A stretch of DNA of 64,000 bases from the NCBI GenBank assembly GCA_030141605.1, contig JAQGDQ010000228.1, positions 1 to 64,000 of the forward strand. The letters are read 5' to 3'. Positions 43,301 through 55,300 of this stretch are shown one piece after another. Within the stretch, counting starts at the first letter, position 1. Every line of letters begins with the position of its first letter. Origin of the DNA: Tubiluchus corallicola. Its lineage: Eukaryota > Animalia > Priapulida. A program made the position numbers and the translations under genes. Below the pieces are notes generated by a model. It saw only the letters and a program-made list of their open reading frames with translations. It ran no database searches and was not told where the DNA came from.

Positions 43301-46300
43301 TTGTCATTTAAACTTTTTGTTTGAAGCACTGACGTGAAGTCAACAGCTTCAAAATAGTCTGGCTTGACATGGTACTTGTTGGCTGCTATCTACACTTGCT
43401 AGCAGCTAATGCTAAGCTTACACGATGACGTAAATTCTCTAATAAACAAACAGGCAAATTGAGAAGTACCTTGGAGCTGTTCCTGGAATCAGTTTATCGG
43501 AATAAATATACAAACAATCAGCAAGATAGCAACTGCCAAAATTTTTTCATGTCTATAATATATGTGTGTTTGTGAAGTTCTGTCAATGTACGCAAAACAG
43601 CGTTGAATCAAACTGTCGTTCAATCTAGTTGTTCCGTTTTTCACAATTTGTTGTTTTGCGCGAGAGGCCGCGCCGCGCCGCCGCTGACTGCTGATACAAT
43701 ATGGGTGTAATAATTTTCATTAGGGATAAATTACAAGTTGATTATGAATTTCTAACCCACTCTGCTTTAAGTATGTGTGTGTGTGTGGGTGTACGCAGTG
43801 CGGGTGTGTGTGATGGTTGCTCGGTCAGACAGTCTTGAAATTATGGTTTTCAAAATTGTGCAAGTGATTTGAGCCCGATGAAAATAGTAACTGTTATAGT
43901 TTACATTTCTTCGCGGAGGCTATTAGCACAACTGCTAGTAGTTAGTTTATGCGTTACGTGTTTCCAGCATTACATTCAGGTTTTATATGTGTAGCTTGTG
44001 CTTAAAATATTATCAAACCCACGTAAAATATAAATTGTCTGAACTTAATTCTTTCTGCATTTACAGCTTTAATACATTGCTAAATAATCTACTCATTTGA
44101 TAGTTGATATGGGCATTACAACTTATAGTGTACTAGAAGTAGAAGTACAAAGTAACTGTGCGATATTTTGGGCGATTATCTTTTCGCTCCTTCACACATC
44201 TAATCTAGTTGGCTGAAGTTGCACCAAATTTTAGACTGCTATTACACCTCTGTACACACACATGCACTCACACAGGTCTCTGAGCTCTGCATAAGAAATG
44301 CAATATTAATTTTATTAGGATTTATTTTATGTTCACTGTACAGTAGATAAATGTTTGCAAAAACAAGCAGTTAAAGCAATTAAAATGTATTTATAAATTT
44401 ACAGAAACAGTTGTTGCAAAATGGTCTTCATTTTGTCTGCATTTCAGAATTTAATATATGTGTGGAGCTAGTAGTAGGAAGGTATTTGGCAAAATGATAA
44501 TACGTACTTTGTAGCTGTCATGCAAATGATTTTAAACGCTCTCAACTGAATGCTGATCAGAACGTATCTTATATTTTAAACACGATTGAACAGTGGGTTC
44601 AGTATTGACAGTATGATATGAGAGTGTACGTATTAATAGTTGAAGTTAAATGTGATATTTAAGTTGCTAATGTTATTCAAATGGTGCCAGAGGCAAGACA
44701 GCTTTCATTCAAAGTAAATTTATACCTACTTTTTATTTCAGGTCCAGTTACACATTATTATTTACCAATGGACACGAATCAGGGGAGATTGTTATCGAAC
44801 CCCTCTGAACTTGAAGCCGAACTGTTTGGGCAGCCTGAGATAGTAGAAGGTGTTGTAGGAGGTGCACTAAAACTAAATGGGAAACACCAGTGGGTTCAGG
44901 TCGGTGGTGACAAGGAAAGAATAAACCCGTGTTTCATGGATCTTGACAGCTGCATGGAAGGTTGGTAAAAAAGTAGCCAATAGAAATAAAATTGTGCTGT
45001 TACATTATAGATCAGTTATTGTATGTCGGGAAAATGTCAGATTTTCTGATATTTGAGCTATCCCTATTTTCCAGAAAATTTTGCTTAATTTGATGAAGTA
45101 AGCTCAGCTTGTAGGGCAGAATGGTTTCTCTGAAGATAAGCTTAGTTAAAATTTTAGAAACGAGTATGCATGTATGGAACCAATTGATATTTGTTATTAA
45201 GGTTGCTTTAGTTCTTTCAGAAGCAAGCAAAAAATTTAAAGGAAGTCCACAAATAGGAGTTTTTTCCTCCCATTTCTCCAGGTGGTGCTGTTTCAAAAAA
45301 AAAAAACTGTGGACCAGAATTAAGACATTTTATAAACGCTTTATTTTTCGTAAGGATAGTTAAGATTGATAAGGATAGTTAAGACTGCTATATGCATGGA
45401 AATGTGTAATTCCATACATGGCACACATGCAGATATGAAGTATGAATATTTCCAATCAACTTTTGGAAACTATACTTATTATTTATATACATTATATAAA
45501 TAACATATTTATATGATTTATGAGTAGAAAGTACTAGACACATAACAGTAGAACATATGTATGTATCTATATGTGTTACATGTGTTTTCCATTATGCTGT
45601 GATTGCTAAATGAGATTAAATCACAATTCACTGTTCTTGCTCTTCATTTAAACTTATTTTTATAAAATTTCAGAGGATTCTTTGAATGGGCTATGGCTAG
45701 GCAAGAACATGAAACAAGGTTCAAGTTCATGCTAAATAGTTTTGCCTGTTCCTGTTTGTTTTTACAAAACCTCTGTCATCTAGTGTGCACAATATGAATA
45801 TGTAGTGCATGTTATTAGTCTGTCTATTACCAGAATGGTATTTACTATTTAGTTGGTTTGCTTACACATCAGGATTGGTCTTTTAAATATAATTTCCCAT
45901 TTCTATTACACGCTAAGCTTGCACATGCTTATTTGGTGTTGTCTTGTGCACGGATGTAATGCAGTGAAATTTTGCCTAGTATTTTGATATTTGACTATAT
46001 AAGTGTGAATGTAAATGAGTATACGAGTGTAAATTGAAATAACTTAAGCTATATATATGCTAACATTATAGTGAAATGCTGAGCCCATTTTTTAACTTTA
46101 TTTTATTTTTTGTAGTTCCTGGACTGCAGCAAGGTAATATTTGTCATCCTTAGTTTTTAAACATTAACTAACTGTGGGCAGTGGGTATGGAATCTTCTAA
46201 ATGAAATAGCGGTTAATATTGTGTAATTGTTGGTGCTAGGTTAATGGTTGATTAACTGACTGTTCACATGTCAGAACTTTCTTGATAAAAAATTAAAATG

Positions 46301-49300
46301 GTGTTTTGGCTTTATGATACCTTTTTTGTTAACTGCTATTTCTGGGGGTTATTGTTATTTGACTACTAAACTTTATTTCACACAGAGTCAATTTGAAAGC
46401 TGCAGTTGTCAATTTTTAAAAACTACTACTTTTCAGTTACATGTGTCTGTCATAGTTTCTTAATATCGTTACTAATGGAGTGAGTTTTTGCAATGTTAAT
46501 TGGTTGTGTAATTACTGCATGTGGTGGTGGTTGCTTTGCTTTGCGTAGTACAGCAACAATTGTGTGCGGTCGCTCTGATGATGGTACTGATGACACATTT
46601 CTTGCATGCCGTACAATGCGCACACTCTGGAATACACACTGTCACCAGAGTATCATGCTTTCGTGCTCATACCAGATACACGTGTATACAACTATACATT
46701 GGTTGACTTTCAGATAGAAAATATATAAAAAGTTGTCAAAAGTTACAGATTGTTTCATAATTTAAAGTAAACTTAACAATTAATATTAAATTGTATCAGT
46801 AATATGTCAGTTTTCATACTAAATACATGTGTTTTCATTCTAAATTCAGTTTAAATAATGGTTATGTATTTCGTATTGTTGATATTGAAGTTGTGGAACA
46901 ACATGCACATTTAAATGTAATTTCGAAAGATTTCCCATGCTGCTACTGACAGTTTGTTTGTGAAAAATATTTTTGTTTTAGATTGTTTAAACTGTCTTTT
47001 ATTCAGGTAATACATTTATGATGTGGCTGAATCTTGATCATGGTGATGATGATTATAAAATCCTTCTGTCTAATGGAGGTCACTCTCAGGAATCTCATGG
47101 TGTAGCTCTAAAATACGTCGATAAACATCTAGAAGTTAATTATAGGAGAAAGGTATGCTTCTATTTTAACGACTGATATCTGCATTAAGATCTAGTATGT
47201 GCCAGGCGGTCATTTCTTAAGTTAATGAGAAATCGTACGGCAATTCAATTTTCATTTGAATTGATGCAATGCAAACTTAGTGTCCTCTTCATTTTAACTT
47301 CACTCGCTTCTTTACTTAAATTATGTAATTGCCACACGCACACACACGCACGCATACATGCACACATGTACACACACGTGCGCGCATAAACTGCGCTGTG
47401 TGTACATATCAGAACTAGTGTCACCAAGACGTCTCACTGTATTTATAATGGCTAATTGCAAGTTCATTCTGTATTTATTTGTGTATATTTTTTAAATTAT
47501 GGTATATTTATCTATACGTATCTTATTCTTACTCGTGTTCTAACAGTTACCTGTGAAATGCACAGGTTGACTTGTTTGGTGCAAATGTTTTTATAAGACT
47601 AAAATGCATTTACTAATGAAATAATGTGAATAGAAGTTGTTTGCAACATGAGTCTTATGCAGAATTACAAATGGTTGTCCAAAAACCATTACATATTCAT
47701 CTGCAGACATTCTTAATGTACCTAGTAAACTGTATAATAGTAACGACTGTTTACAAATGGCACCATACAAAGAATGTATTTGATTTCCAATGCTGTTTGT
47801 TCTGTTGATGGTGTTAATTGAGGTTCGTCATCCATGTCAAAATGCTTGTCTTTGTGAGAAAGAAAAACTTTGTCGAAAAACCAGCCTGAACACAAGTAGC
47901 TGTTTTAACACTTCTTATCAATTTATGCATTATTTATTTACTTACTCTTAGGACGGCCAAGAATGGAGGGTGAAAAGTGGTCCAATATCCCCGCTGTGGT
48001 GGCATCATGTTGCTTGGACTTGGAACAGGGAAGAGGGACTTTCTCTGTTTATTAATGGCAACTTTGTGAATAAAGACACTTCACCGGGATTCAAAAATTC
48101 AGGTACTAATAATTTGTTAACTAGCACTGAATGAGAAATGAACTAAATGAGAGTGAATTTTCTGACAGTTTCACTTTCCTGTATATTGATCAATTGCTAA
48201 GGGTATATAATAGAACTGAATACCTGAGTTACTGGCACTTCTATGGCATGAGAAAAACAGTTTGAATGAATTAATTATCTGTAATGTCTTTGTCTAATTT
48301 TTGTCCACAGTAAATCAAGTTTTTTGTGGATAAAAGTTAGGTAATGATACTACACTCTTCACCTGAAACGTTGTTCCGGCAACACTCGTTAATTGTAGTG
48401 TAAAACTGTTTACATGAAATAGGCTAAAAATCAAGCTTGACTTGTTTTATTAAGTTGTAGTGGCTTCACGTTTCACGACCTTTGAAGTTTTCTCTATGCA
48501 AAAAAATCCTGGTCGTTCTGATTTAGTTGCTAAGACTGTTGCTAGCAAAAATTTAGAGAAAACCACATTAAATTAGTGGTGTCTGAAGCCAAACACTTTG
48601 CATGTAGCACCTTCAAGTTAACTCTTATCTTATATATTGCTTGTTTGTGTTGATATGGCGAATAGCCTAGTTACTGTTTGCTCATATCCCCACCCAGTTA
48701 AGCAATGCTGTGTTCATGATCTCCAGGTTCAATGCTCATCATCAGTCAAGACTGTCGTACTGTTGTGGTAATTTACCTTGTTGAGAAATGATTTATTTGC
48801 TACATGCATCCAAATGTGGCTAAGTTATTTTTAGTGTGGATGTATGGCCTAACGTCTCATCTGGATGATTAGCCCAGTGGATAATGAGGTATGTCCCAGT
48901 CCTGTCACAACCATTTATATTGAGTAGTTCTTGCCTTAAGTGCTTGATCCCAAATTGACAGCCATTTACATTGAGTAGATCTTGCCATTAAGTGCTTGAT
49001 CCCAAATTGACAGCCATCTACATTGAGTAGGTCTTGCCTTTACGTGCTTGATCCCAAATTGACAGCCATCTACATTGAGTAGGTCTTGCCTTTAACTGCT
49101 TGATCCCAAATTGACAGCCATTTACATTGAGTAGGTCTTGCCTTTAAGTGCTTGATCCCAAATTGACAGCCATTTACATTGAGTAGGTCTTGCCTTTAAG
49201 TGCTTGATCCCAAATTGACAGCCATTTACATTGAGTAGGTCTTGCCTTTAAGTGCTTGATCCCAAATTGACAGCCATTTACATTGAGTAGGTCTTGCCTT

Positions 49301-52300
49301 TAAGTGCTTGATCCCAAATTGACAGCCATTTACATTGAGTAGGTCTTGCCTTTAAGTGCTTGATCCCAAATTGACAGCCATTTACATTGAGTAGTTCTTG
49401 CCTTAAGTGCTTGATCCCAAATTGACAGCCATTTACATTGAGTAGGTCTTGCCTCTAAGTGCTTGATCCCAAATTGACAGCCATTTACATTGAGTAGATC
49501 TTGCCTTTAAGTGCTTGATCCCAAATTGACAGCCATTTACATTGAGTAGATCTTGCCATTAAGTGCTTGATCCCAAATTGACAGCCATCTACATTGAGTA
49601 GGTCTTGCCCAGGTTAAGTGCTTAAACCCAGTTTGCAGAATGCCAAAAATATTGTTTGTCAAGGATGCGGGGTAAAAAAAAAGTGTTAATTGGTGATATT
49701 CTTAGTCAGTACAATAAGTCTTTCGTGCTATAGCTAATACTTGTTTATTATATTTGCATGAATTTGTGGTCAATACAAATATATTCAAGTTAGTACTGGT
49801 GCTTTGGTAGAGTACAAAGAATTTAGGGTTCTGAAAGTTTCAGTTTTTTAATGTTTGTGATGTATATGTGCACAAGCTGTATATGTTTCTTCATAGCTAA
49901 AGGGAGTATAGGAGTAAACATCGAACAGTTGAAGCTTTGTTAATGTCTAGTAGAAATGTAAACAGGTTTTAGTGAAAACTTGTAAAAAAACTTATTCCCC
50001 TGACCCATATGCTGGCAGGAATGAAGAAAATGTATTTGTTTTGTATTAGCTCAAATACACACTCATGTACACTCACATATGGTGTGGTGTGTTAATCGAG
50101 ACGTTTTTTTAATGGTTTCATTTTCTATGAATTTGCAATCAACGAATCTAAACATAACATCATTGTGCCACACTTTGGCATAAGGTCAAGGATTACCGCA
50201 AAACGCCAGGCATAATTAACAGACAGCGACTTTAGTTTATGAAAAATCTATGATAAACAATGGACAATTTTTTCAGATTTTTTCAGATTACTAAAATTTT
50301 TAGATTTGCTAAATTACTAAATTGCAAACTTGAATTTATCATAATTACCATACTGTCAACTTCTGCAATAGTGACTGCATTTATTCGTGTATTTAGAAAC
50401 TCGTATCTTTTCTTAAGTGGTCACATTGGTATTTCATTTTGTCTAGTTTCTGCCTTTGTGGTATCTGTATGCTTTTTATTTACTTCAACCCTTTGACTTA
50501 TACTTGTTGTATATGGGGAGTCATGAGCATGTGTCCTGAGTTAGTTTATCATTTACTAATTACTAGTAATAAAGTAATTTGTTAGCAGCTGAAAATGTGG
50601 TATGAAAACTTAAAATTGGGTAACAAAAACAGCAAAGAGTCAATAATAGTTTCGATGGGCGATCAGTTCGTATAAACAAAAGGACTGGTTGTGAGCACAT
50701 GGTGCTGCCAAATATCTTTATGTGTAGTCAGAGCATGCAGCTGCTGTGTAGTCATGCCCCACAAGCTTTTTTCCTTGAATCGTATAACATTCGTTTGCCA
50801 CCTCTTGAAAGTTCAGTGTATAGAGCTTAACTGGTCTGCAAAAATGCGGAGTTTTGCAGATATCATTATGAAAGCAGCGAAATGTTAACCTGCGTTTCAG
50901 CTATCACTTGAAGAGCTAAAACCCGCTTAACGTAACGAATTATTTTGAAAATGTAAAATGAATGTTTGTTTTTTCTTTAGTTTTTTGCATGTCACGACAA
51001 TTTCCAACGGCATTTATTTTTTATGTTCTCTGTTAGCTGAAGTACATTAGTTGACTGTCCCATCTATGTTAGTTGCAAGGGTATGCTGTACATTACAAGT
51101 ATAGCACACTAAAATCCATTATCCAGCAATGAGTGCATAGCTTACAACTGTTAATGGTTGTTTCAGGACCAGTACCTAGCTCCTGGCTTGCCACTAAGGC
51201 ATTTTGTGGCATGAGCTTGTTAATTGACAATGCTGTCTATGCCATGTTTAGACCTGTATTATATATCTTCTCTTGAAGGCAGAAAATGTCTGCGTTAGTG
51301 AAAACTGTTCAGAAGGGATTCTCTGGGCAGTCACCCATCTGTTTACTAACTGGTTCCAACACTGCTTAATTTCAACTTTCAAGTTTAATTACCTATATTA
51401 ATTACCTTGTTTGAGCTTGGCTAGCAATTTGTGTTGTAGTATGTTGGTGCCATCTGGATTGTTAAAATCTATTAAAACGTTGTTGTTTTAAACAGAAACA
51501 ATAAAATCAAATGGTAAAAGAAAATTCTTTATCGGCCGATCAAGCGATGAAATGGACAAGAGACATTTTGGTTCATTTATGATAGACAGTTTTAATTTCT
51601 GGGCAGTTCAACTTCCTGCTGATAAAATACGTGAGATGGGTAGGTAGTCCTTCTTTATATCCTTTAATAAAAATATCAGAAGTTGATGTATCTGTAAAGT
51701 ATTTATCTGTTTAGCGTAGTTGTGACCTTGCTGTTTACTTAAAAATCCGTTATTTGAGTCAAACACAGTGTAAGGTCTGCACAGTTTAAACTCACGACTG
51801 CACACTGTTTGCACAAACAGATTGAGTTCCCAACTGATGTCAGTGGCAATGGTACATTTACGTTAAAGTAATTTTAACTGTTGTATTTTGTGTTAACTAA
51901 TTGTGAATGCCAAATGAAGGATATATTAATCATTTATTGTTACGACATTTGTGGTGTGTTTCCGAAATATCTATGGATATCTATAGATATGAATATTTAC
52001 CTATCCATATCCTTATTGAAAATAGTTGTCGTAGAGATCATTTCCAGGATGTAGCCATTTGTAATTATTCTTTTAATTCCTTTACTAATTGCTTCTATAT
52101 TTTATATTTTAAGCAGCTTGGTTATTTTTTCAGTAAGTGCTTTTCGTTTATTGACAATTGATGTTTCATGACCACACTTGTAGTTAAACATTTGAAATTT
52201 AAAATTTTGGCAAAATCTTTTGAACTACAGTTCATGCATCAGTTGTTGAAATGGTATACGTAATTACTTGGAAGTTGATTTTACTTAATGTCTGATTCTG

Positions 52301-55300
52301 TTGACTGTATGGCTCTTCCTTGCTGTGGTCTTTCACTGGCATTAATGTTTAGTTTTTGGAACTGGTGACAAGGGGCAAACCACAAATAACAATATCAAGT
52401 TTTCGGCTGATTTTGAGCACCTGCCTACCTTGCGTTATATTGGTGTTATCATACGCCCCACCGCCTACCTACCCCTTTATATTGAAATTGATGTCACACC
52501 AATGTAGCTTCTTGTTCATTTTCTTCTTCCTCCCAAGGACAGGCAACAACATCACTTGTGTTAATTAACAGATAACCATCAGTGGATTCTACTAGCATCG
52601 GCGGTAGAGGCAGTGGCCACCCCAATTCAGTGACTTCATCCTTATCAACCCATTCTACAGATATCTCCTCCTCACGGCTAGTTACAACCAGCCATTCTCT
52701 GCTTATCATCAAAGCGTGAAGTTGAAAAAAGCGTGAAGTCAGATAACGATATTATTACTAAATCACCTATCTACCTTGCATTATAATGGCATTATCACGT
52801 CTCCTGCCACTTATCTACCCTAAACTTGATATCATTACATGTGGATGGTTCCTAAGCTTAATGACGCAGATATATGTTTTTCCTAGCTAACTTTTTATGC
52901 ACTTTATAATTGCAAACGTTTGTATAGGACCAATGTACAGATATTACCTACCAATGAACAAGCTAACTAGTGGAATGCTTGAAGGAAAGGGCATTAAGGC
53001 AATTGCAAGAGGTGGCGCCGGTCTGGCTCTTGGCAAAGTCGGCAATGGTCTTTCGTAAGTAGTGTAACGCTCGTGAAGCTTGTTTGCTTTTAATGCTGTA
53101 TTCAATTTCAAAAGCAAATCCTACTTCAAATAATCAGTGATCATATAATTTATAATATTTTGCGAAGTCATAATTTATAGCAGATTTGCAGATTAAGTTG
53201 CTTTCGCACAAATTTTTCTTCAGGTCAGGCTGAAATTTCTCAAAAAGATGTCTGTGGCGAACACTGTGAACAATGAACATATTTTGACTTACACCAAAGC
53301 TGAATTTATTGCCAACCGGTAATTCAGTAGTTAGGTAGCCAAAAGCTATATGATAAAGTATATGTAATATATTTTATAAGATATAAGATAATTTATGCAA
53401 GGTAAATTACTAAATTATCTATAGAATGGTTTATCATGTGTCTTTTGGCTATCTAACTACTGAATTGCATTTCGATGTTGTTTCTAAATTTTGCTAAATT
53501 TCTTTGTTTTAGATGCCTTGACAATGAACAGTTTGTTCGAAACCAGTCGGCAATAAATTCAGTTTTGGTGTAGTTACATCTATTTTGCTAAATGTGGATA
53601 ATTCATTTATTTTCACTTAGTCTATGTTTTTTGTTTTCTTGTGAAAAAGAGTATAATATTTTTGAAAAGTTATCAGTGCCTACATTCACTAGCACTAATT
53701 GAGCAGTAAGTGCAAGAAATGTGAAGCTCATGCATTTTTGACTCATATTTGTCGAAACTTGTATTTTTTCATTTGCAACTTGATTAAATCATCAGTAGTT
53801 GGTTGTTTTTTTAGGGCAAAACCACTGCTTTACTGCTTCAAAGACAGAAATTAGCACTCACTTTCACATTTTGCAATTTAATATTTTATGCTGTTGCCTT
53901 AATTATGCTGTCATATTTTGTAGATTGACGGGAAATGGACAGTACGTTGATTTAGGAGATGTTAGTGGCACTTGTCTTGGTAATCTAGATCAGTGTCGAC
54001 ATGGTCTCACTATATCTACCTGGATACACTTTGCACAGCTAACATCAGGATTAATGTATTATCTCTCTTCTGGTTAGTAGATTAACTATATTTAGTTTTG
54101 ATAACTTGATTTTGTTAAATGTATCCATATTGTGGTTTTGTTTTTGAAAGTTATATTGGCTTTTTTTACAAATTAATTTTTGTTATTGTTAAAAGAGTCG
54201 TCCCTACGTTTAGACAAATTTCATTAAATTTTGCTGTTTCATTTATGAGATCCATGTTTTAAAACTGGTTCAGTTTAACTAAGAAATTTTGTGAATCCAC
54301 AACTTTTTGTATCGTTAGAAAAATGCATATTAAGAGCAGTGGCGGGTCATAGCTAAAATTAGTGGGCGGTGCTGCTTCAGAAAATGTTTAGGCAAGGCAT
54401 CCATTACTAAATAAATTATGTGTTAAGCACACACTCTAAGTTTACACTTTATCACATACAAGAGTATGACGGTACGCGGTAAGCACGTATGTGGCAATTG
54501 TTACTGTGATAAACACAGTACTTTTCTACCCAGCACCAGACACTAGCGTACAGCCTGTTATCTCAGACATGCGTGCATGGCCGCATTGCTTAGGTGTGAA
54601 GCAAATTGTGCTTCCCTCACGTGCGCCGGTTCCGCACAAGTATAAAAAAAGAACTAAGGAAAAAGACTTATTATATTGAATCTTATCGATAATAATGAAT
54701 GAAAACAGGGGTGGTGTGTAGTTCGTCCTTCATAGTCGAAGAGGACCATGACTTCATTCTGACACCATAGGATGGGTACGGAGGTGGCTTATAAGCCCGA
54801 TTTTTGCTGAGAACCTCCTCCTGCAGTGAGGACATGAGAATGGTGTATCTTGATAGGCATTGCGTTGTCTGTCTTTTCGAAGCTGTCTTTTCTCCTGCCT
54901 AACTTGGATGCGCCTGGACTCATAGTTGCTCACTCCCGATTTGATGAGGGACCGCCAACGTGATCTCTCCTGTGCCACATCTTCCCAGGAGTCGGCATTG
55001 ATGTTGCATTCTTTCAGGCTGGCTTTGAGGGTGTCTTTGTATCTTTTCCGTTGCCCTCCAACTGACCGTTGCCCTTCTTTCAGCTCGCAGTACATGAGTC
55101 TCTTTGGCAGTCTGTGATCTTCCATACGTCGAACATGACCAGCCCATTTCAGTTGTGCTGCCTTAAGCATTGCATGAACACTGATGGATTGTGCTCTCTC
55201 GAGGACTTCAGTGTCTGGTATGTAGTCCTGCCAGCTGATCTTGAGGAGTTGTCTTAGACAACGCAGGTGGAAGGAGTTTAGTTGTCTGGCATGGCGACTA

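Noticed and set aside
43081-43329. ORFs with poly-D/N/K/R/T or poly-I runs
   Set aside because: They are translations of a compound trinucleotide microsatellite.
43655-43700. GC-rich patch in the 13.4-kb intron as a beta-neurexin-like internal promoter
   Set aside because: No downstream ATG/signal-peptide exon with a suitable donor could be identified.
48908-49630. CRISPR array
   Set aside because: The units are head-to-tail and near-identical with no unique spacers, there are no cas genes, and the context is a eukaryotic intron.
52114-52132. Micro-exon with a gtaagt donor in the LamG gene
   Set aside because: 16 or 19 nt is not frame-preserving with the next exon at 52928.
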